From contig NZ_CP142525.1 of the NCBI RefSeq assembly GCF_051097895.1, positions 990,001-1,022,000 on the forward strand: a stretch of DNA of 32,000 nucleotides, read 5' to 3'. Made by a program: the position numbers and the translations under genes. The first letter of the stretch is position 1. Every line of letters starts with the position of its first letter. Positions 27,136-32,000 of the stretch are shown in pieces. The notes below the pieces were generated by a model. The model made no database searches. It was given only the letters and a program-made list of their open reading frames with translations, and had not been told where the DNA came from. This DNA comes from Psychrobacter sp. HD31 (GTDB taxonomy: Bacteria > Pseudomonadota > Gammaproteobacteria > Pseudomonadales > Moraxellaceae).

Positions 27136-27531
27136 ATGTCACGTCAGACCATACATACAGACCAAGCCCCTGCCGCTGTAGGCACTTATTCACAAGCTGT
27201 TAAAGTAACCACAGGCAATAGCAGTACCGTTTATATCTCTGGTCAGATTGGCTTAGACCCACAAACCATGCAACTAGCCGAAGGGTTTGAAGCACAAGCC
27301 AAACAAGTTATGGATAATATTGAAGCGGTTTGTACAGCAGCAGGTGGTAGCCTTGCCGATGTTGTGAAGTTTAACGTATCTTTAACCGACCTTGCTGATT
27401 TTAATGCACTAAATGAGCTGTTTGTTGCCCGTTTAGCAAAGCCTTACCCAGCACGTGCTGCTGTTCAAGTTGCCGCTTTACCTAAAGGTGCTGTGGTCGA
27501 AATCGAATCTATTTTATTCATCGAAGAATAG
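27136..27531 (+). CDS. ridA: RidA/YjgF family reactive-intermediate deaminase
   Basis: 131 aa. Motifs APAAVGTYSQAV, ISGQIGLDP, PARAAVQVAALPKGAVVEIE. An AAGGA SD is present. It starts 27 nt after spoT. Confidence 0.9.
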   Translation: MSRQTIHTDQAPAAVGTYSQAVKVTTGNSSTVYISGQIGLDPQTMQLAEGFEAQAKQVMDNIEAVCTAAGGSLADVVKFNVSLTDLADFNALNELFVARLAKPYPARAAVQVAALPKGAVVEIESILFIEE

Positions 27532-27614
27532 TAGTTAATTAAATAGCCCGATTTTTCAAATAGATTAATAATTTTTAGATACCTACTCTGGCGATGCCTA
27601 GTTTCTATAGAATC

Positions 27615-27647
27615 GTTTTTACAGGCTCGTTTGTATAAACTTTTTTT
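27615..27647 (+). terminator. weak AT-rich terminator-like hairpin after ridA
   Basis: Stem GTTTTTAC (27615-27622) / GTATAAAC (27633-27640) with one mismatch, followed by T7 (27641-27647). It is nested inside a larger imperfect palindrome. Confidence 0.35.
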
Positions 27648-27794
27648 ATAGATTAGGTATCTTAAAATATGTTAACAAACTTTAACTAAGGCTAAACAAA
27701 TTAATGTTAAGATACGTCTAAATTCGCTTAAACTATCAATATCCATCCAATGTGCAATGTGGATATTACTGTCAAACTGGATTTAAATGAGTAC

Positions 27795-28574
27795 ATGAAC
27801 ATTAACCGACAAAAACAAAAAAAATCAACGCTAAAAAAATGGTTCCCTGCCATTATATTGGCTTTGTTTATACATTTAATTTTAGTTGCGGTTATTTTTT
27901 ATACTAATTTTCACAAGACAAAAGCGGAACCAAAAGATGCCGTCGTAATCACACCAGTAGCACCCATTAAACCCACACAACAAATTCCCATCGCTGAGAT
28001 CGCCGAAAAAAATCCAACTGTCTCCTCTGACCTACAAACAGAGGCACAAACAAGTAATACATCCAAAAAATCTGTCAATACAACAGAGAAAGCCCAACCG
28101 CTCTCTAATCAGCAAGATAAGCAAACGAAGCAGAATATTAATAAAGAAAAACAAGAATCCACAGCGAAGCCAAACAAAACAAAACAAACAACACCTAAAG
28201 CAGATACGCAACAACCCAATGCACAAATAAATCATGGAAATGGTGATAAAACAAAGACACCACAACAAGATACCGTTACAACAACTCATCCCCCAGCGAC
28301 TAAAAAAAATAGTGAGTCACCCTCTTTTGGGACACAGGCAAACAACCAGCCTGGTGGTAATACCGTTGGGCTAATAAAGGGCATTGATGTCCCTGCCAAT
28401 GAATATCAAGACCCAACCTCAGTTTTGCAAGGAAACTATAAAAAGGTGAATGAGCTTAAAACCAAGGTTGAAGCGATTAAAAAAGAAGAAAAACTAGAAT
28501 ACGAAAAAATTAGTGATAGTGCGATTGCTATAAAAGAATTTAATAAACAGAACATCGCACAAGCAAAAGAGTAA
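27795..28574 (+). CDS. single-pass membrane protein with TonB/TolA-like N-terminal anchor and a low-complexity Q/K/T-rich region
   Basis: A basic N-terminus (NRQKQKKSTLKK) precedes a TM segment, WFPAIILALFIHLILVAVIFY, that contains a His as TonB/TolA anchors do. About 170 aa of Q/K/T/N/P-rich sequence follow, then a short charged, helix-like C-terminus. No TonB_C or TolA-III motifs are visible. The start is either 27750 or 27795, and both have weak SDs. Confidence 0.6.
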   Translation: MNINRQKQKKSTLKKWFPAIILALFIHLILVAVIFYTNFHKTKAEPKDAVVITPVAPIKPTQQIPIAEIAEKNPTVSSDLQTEAQTSNTSKKSVNTTEKAQPLSNQQDKQTKQNINKEKQESTAKPNKTKQTTPKADTQQPNAQINHGNGDKTKTPQQDTVTTTHPPATKKNSESPSFGTQANNQPGGNTVGLIKGIDVPANEYQDPTSVLQGNYKKVNELKTKVEAIKKEEKLEYEKISDSAIAIKEFNKQNIAQAKE

Positions 28575-28743
28575 TAAAATACAGGACAATAACAGTATGG
28601 GACAATAACAGAAAGTAACGCAAGTAAATCAGTCGCGTTGTCAGTAGTAGTTGTCATCGTTACAGAATTTTAGCAAACTCAAATTAAGTTTTACATCTAC
28701 TGTAAGTTAATACTGACAAGCAACATTCATTAAACTGCCTCTA

Positions 28744-29484
28744 TTAACCAGCCGGTTGCTGTCCTTTATGCACACCTGCCAAAAGTTCATTATCAACAAA
28801 ATGGTTCACACTTTCTAACCTTTCTGGTGTACCAACATCTACCCATGTATCGTCTATGACTTGTGCAGTGACTTGATTATCTGACATCGCTTGTATCAAT
28901 AAAGGTGCCAGGGGCGTTGGTAGCTTATGGTCAACCGAACCTAAAAGTTGAGGATGCATCACACTGATACCTGCAAAAGTATATTTTTGCACCTCGTCAA
29001 CATTGGCACGTGCCAGCCCATTTTGCACAGCAAAGTCTCCACTTGGGTTATGCGTTGGATTGTTAACCAACAATAAATGTGCCACTTGATTATCGTTGAG
29101 TTGGGTTTGTACAAGTTGACTAAAATCATACGTTGTCCAAACATCGCCATTTATCAAAATAAAAGGTTCATTATCCAGCTTACCCGTTGCTAAGGCATTC
29201 GCAATGCCACCAGCCGTTTCTAATGGTTCATTATCTTCTACAGACCAACGGATATTTACGCCATACTGGCTGCCATCACCTAAAGCCGCCAGTAACTTAT
29301 CGGCAAGGTATGAACAATTAATGGTAATATTAGTAATACCCGCGGATTTTAACGCTAACAAATGCCAAGTAATGAGGGGCTGCCCAGCCACGTCAATCAT
29401 AGGTTTTGGTGTGTGCAAAGTAAGAGGACGCATGCGTGTGCCCTTGCCAGCTGCCAAAATCATAGCTTGCTTAATTTGCGTCAT
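28744..29484 (-). CDS. murU: N-acetylmuramate alpha-1-phosphate uridylyltransferase (nucleotidyltransferase family)
   Basis: Nucleotidyltransferase motif MILAAGKGTRMRPLTLHTPKPM, then LETAGGI and INGDVWT. It lies immediately downstream of the kinase gene and next to lptD, as in Pseudomonas amgK-murU. Confidence 0.82.
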   Translation of the reverse strand: MTQIKQAMILAAGKGTRMRPLTLHTPKPMIDVAGQPLITWHLLALKSAGITNITINCSYLADKLLAALGDGSQYGVNIRWSVEDNEPLETAGGIANALATGKLDNEPFILINGDVWTTYDFSQLVQTQLNDNQVAHLLLVNNPTHNPSGDFAVQNGLARANVDEVQKYTFAGISVMHPQLLGSVDHKLPTPLAPLLIQAMSDNQVTAQVIDDTWVDVGTPERLESVNHFVDNELLAGVHKGQQPAG

Positions 29485-29485
29485 G

Positions 29486-30604
29486 TTAATTCGCCTTTAT
29501 AAACTTTTTACGATACGCTGGCACAACAACCAACTCTATCCAGTCTGTAAACGCCTCTGCCAGTAACTGCAACTCACCATTAGCATGTGTCTTTAACCAT
29601 TTTATTTCAAACAACATGTCATCCATTACTTTCGGGATATCCGCTAAATAGCGAGTTTTACCGTCACGGTTTGCCAAACGCACAAAAATGCCCAACACTT
29701 TTAGATGGCGCTGGACGCCCATTACCGTCACATCATGATAAAACGCATCTTGCGTTGGTTTATTAGCCGCTGTTAGCATTTGCCAAAAGTTGTTTATCCA
29801 TTGAGTGATTTTTTGTTCATTCCAGTGTACATAAGCATCTCTTAGTAAAGACACTAAGTCGTAAGAATACGCACCAATCACTGCATCCTGAAAGTCAATC
29901 ACACCTAAACGGCTATGGTCTTCTTTATCTAACATCAAGTTGCGGCTGTGGTAGTCTCTATGCACGACAACTTGAGGTTGTGCCAAAACTTGCTGGATAA
30001 CCTGTTGTTTAAACGCTTGCCAAAGCTTAGCTTCTTCACCCAACTCTACGCCAATATAGGGCAAAAACCACTCACTAAACAAGTCCATTTCTTGATTAAG
30101 CAATGCGCTATCATAATCAGGAGTCTGTGCCTGCGTGCGTGCTGTATCAACATCAATTTGCTGCAATTGGTTTAAGGTTTGTAAGGCTTGTTGATAATAG
30201 CCATCAATTTGTTCGGTTGTTGCATCTACTAACAAATGCGCAAACTCAGTTGTGCCAAAATCTTGCAACATCAAAAAACCAGCGTCCATATCTTTTGCAA
30301 TAATATTTGGCACGTTTATATAATCTGCCATTAACTCAGCCACTTTAACAAACTCAACAACAGATTCTTTCTCTGGTGGTGCGTCCATCACAATATAAAC
30401 TTTAGTAGCATGAGCGAGGTCACAAGAATCATCATAGTGGATATAAACACGGTGATAACAACGAAAACTTGCATCACCTGGTAAGCTTTCTACCTGATAC
30501 TCATTTTCTGTAATAACACTTGCCAGCCAATCATGCAATTGGGCGTGGCGTTTTTGTTTGGTATGATCTGCACTATTTATGTTTGCGTTGTTTGTTTGTT
30601 GCAT
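29486..30604 (-). CDS. amgK: anomeric MurNAc/GlcNAc kinase (aminoglycoside-phosphotransferase fold)
   Basis: 372 aa. APH-type catalytic loop HRDYHSRNLM and IDFQDA. Its stop directly abuts the murU ATG. Confidence 0.78.
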   Translation of the reverse strand: MQQTNNANINSADHTKQKRHAQLHDWLASVITENEYQVESLPGDASFRCYHRVYIHYDDSCDLAHATKVYIVMDAPPEKESVVEFVKVAELMADYINVPNIIAKDMDAGFLMLQDFGTTEFAHLLVDATTEQIDGYYQQALQTLNQLQQIDVDTARTQAQTPDYDSALLNQEMDLFSEWFLPYIGVELGEEAKLWQAFKQQVIQQVLAQPQVVVHRDYHSRNLMLDKEDHSRLGVIDFQDAVIGAYSYDLVSLLRDAYVHWNEQKITQWINNFWQMLTAANKPTQDAFYHDVTVMGVQRHLKVLGIFVRLANRDGKTRYLADIPKVMDDMLFEIKWLKTHANGELQLLAEAFTDWIELVVVPAYRKKFIKAN

Positions 30605-30853
30605 AAAGATAATAAAATTTTAATAAAAATTAATATAACATTACTGTAACCAATAAATTCAGTTTACTTTATTTTTTACGTGTTACAGCAATAAACAAAA
30701 TCTCCACATAGTTTAGCGGATTTTAGTAGCCGTTGGCTATACTTATCCTTGCTATTTTGCTAAAGTAGCGATATTTACTTTGCTCTTATGGTTAGTCAGT
30801 GATGGCTATTAAATGTTAGCAAGACCCACTTAAAGATAATTTATAAAATAGCT

Positions 30854-32000
30854 ATGCCACTACTCCACTCTCGACTTTCTCGCAGTATCCGTTTGGTTTT
30901 GTTTACCACAAAGCCAAACAATGCGTGCCCTATAATTAAAACAACACATATTAAAAAAACAGGGTTTGCCATTTTATCTTTGGGACTTGCCACCACAACC
31001 CACGCACAAGAGATAACGGATAATCGTATCACCACATATGACTATGCACAAAGTCAAATCAATAATGATAGCGTTAACACAGTACGTCCTTTTATGCCTG
31101 AAGTTTTGCCCGACATGGCAAAAAAACACATTCAGGAGCAGCACATCGATGGCGTTAATGACACTAAAGTAATCACAAGAGAGGCTAAAGCTGAAAAAAA
31201 GGCTCAAACCATTGAGCAAAAGAGCCTAAAAACTTTATCACAATACTATCAACCTATTGATAAGTTAATACAAAAACAACCATCTGAGCCTTCATTGAAT
31301 GATGTGACTCACATTGATGAAACCACGCCAATACAGCAGCAATATAACCAAGCAAAAAAAAGATATACTGAGATAACCAATGCCCCTCGTTGTGAGGGTG
31401 TTTGGGTGTATCCAAATGCCCACAACAGTATGAGCCATGCAAGTAACAATAATAATCTAGCGCATAACAATACTGATAACAGTCCAAGTGGTACTGACTT
31501 TCATAACACCGACTATGAGGGTAACCCTATCCCCAAGGGTTACACGCATGCACGTGCTGACTATGGATATTATGACAACAAAAACTATGCCGAGTTATCT
31601 GGCAATGTCGTAATTAACCAAGCGGGACAAATCATCAAAGCCGAAAAAGTTACCTTAGATTTAACAACAAATGTTGCCAATGCTGAAGGTCAAGTGTTAT
31701 TCAGTAATGGTGTCCCTGGTGTTACTTCTGATAATCCTAAAAACAATCATACTATCGATGGCACAACCTCATTAAATGAGATAAAAGATAATAAACAAGG
31801 CGGCTTAATTGGTGTTGCCGAGCAATTAACCTATGACCCAAATAACAAGGTTGCAAATGCAAAAGAGGTTGCTTTTGCAAGTGTGCCAATGCAGGCTCAT
31901 GGTTATGCACAGCAAATGAACAAAACAAGTGACAATCAGTATAACTTGCAAAACGTTATATTTAGTACTTGTTCACCCAACAAACGCAAATGGCACTTAG
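30854..32000 (+). CDS. lptD: LPS-assembly outer membrane protein LptD (N-terminal part; continues beyond the window)
   Basis: Absent from the ORF track because it is open at the window end. The frame starting at ATG 30854 gives a signal-like segment KKTGFAILSLGLATTTHA-QE. It continues with the Cys-containing CEGVWVYP motif and the jellyroll segment ARADYGYYDNKNYAELSGNVVINQAGQIIKAEKVTLD. The start is uncertain: TTG at 30893 or 30899 would shorten a very long n-region. Confidence 0.85.
   Translation, partial: MPLLHSRLSRSIRLVLFTTKPNNACPIIKTTHIKKTGFAILSLGLATTTHAQEITDNRITTYDYAQSQINNDSVNTVRPFMPEVLPDMAKKHIQEQHIDGVNDTKVITREAKAEKKAQTIEQKSLKTLSQYYQPIDKLIQKQPSEPSLNDVTHIDETTPIQQQYNQAKKRYTEITNAPRCEGVWVYPNAHNSMSHASNNNNLAHNNTDNSPSGTDFHNTDYEGNPIPKGYTHARADYGYYDNKNYAELSGNVVINQAGQIIKAEKVTLDLTTNVANAEGQVLFSNGVPGVTSDNPKNNHTIDGTTSLNEIKDNKQGGLIGVAEQLTYDPNNKVANAKEVAFASVPMQAHGYAQQMNKTSDNQYNLQNVIFSTCSPNKRKWHL

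Noticed and set aside
30841-31487. Three minus-strand ORFs (64, 81 and 77 aa) near the right end of the window.
   Set aside because: They overlap the 5' part of the + strand lptD frame. That frame is missing from the track only because it is open at the window edge. Their translations are Cys/Ile/Leu-rich with no recognisable features.

Overview
This window reads as core, housekeeping chromosome from an AT-rich gammaproteobacterium (roughly 40% GC by eye). Gene content, gene order and a SpoT with a degenerate synthetase domain point to Moraxellaceae (Moraxella, Psychrobacter or Acinetobacter-like). That assignment is an inference; no database search was possible.

I support 29 protein genes:
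- dapF (partial), lysA, lptM
- ackA-pta, rsfS
- a CoA-type Nudix hydrolase divergent from a zinc-ribbon Nudix plus photolyase pair
- proS, etfB-etfA, a 4-TM orphan, ilvI-ilvH-ilvC, nnr
- a low-GC 142-aa orphan, queG, kbp/ygaU, a monocistronic acpP
- gmk, rpoZ-spoT-ridA, a TonB/TolA-like single-pass protein, murU-amgK, and lptD (partial)

There are also about ten clear intrinsic terminators. I found no tRNA, rRNA, CRISPR array, IS element, integrase, phage gene or recognisable defence or toxin gene.

I did not find a convincing multi-gene novel system. The best leads are modest:
1. A low-GC orphan gene inserted into the conserved queG/nnr divergent junction.
2. A 229-bp rpoZ-spoT spacer with two terminator hairpins and an internal sigma70-like promoter, which could be an sRNA or an attenuator in front of the (p)ppGpp hydrolase gene.
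3. A promoter-proximal terminator in the ackA-pta leader.
4. A TonB/TolA-type membrane anchor fused to a disordered Q/K/T-rich region with no recognisable C-terminal domain and no ExbBD/TolQR partners.
5. A 532-bp non-coding gap between nnr and ilvI.

All functional calls come from motif-level reading of the supplied translations. They should be confirmed by BLAST or HMM searches.
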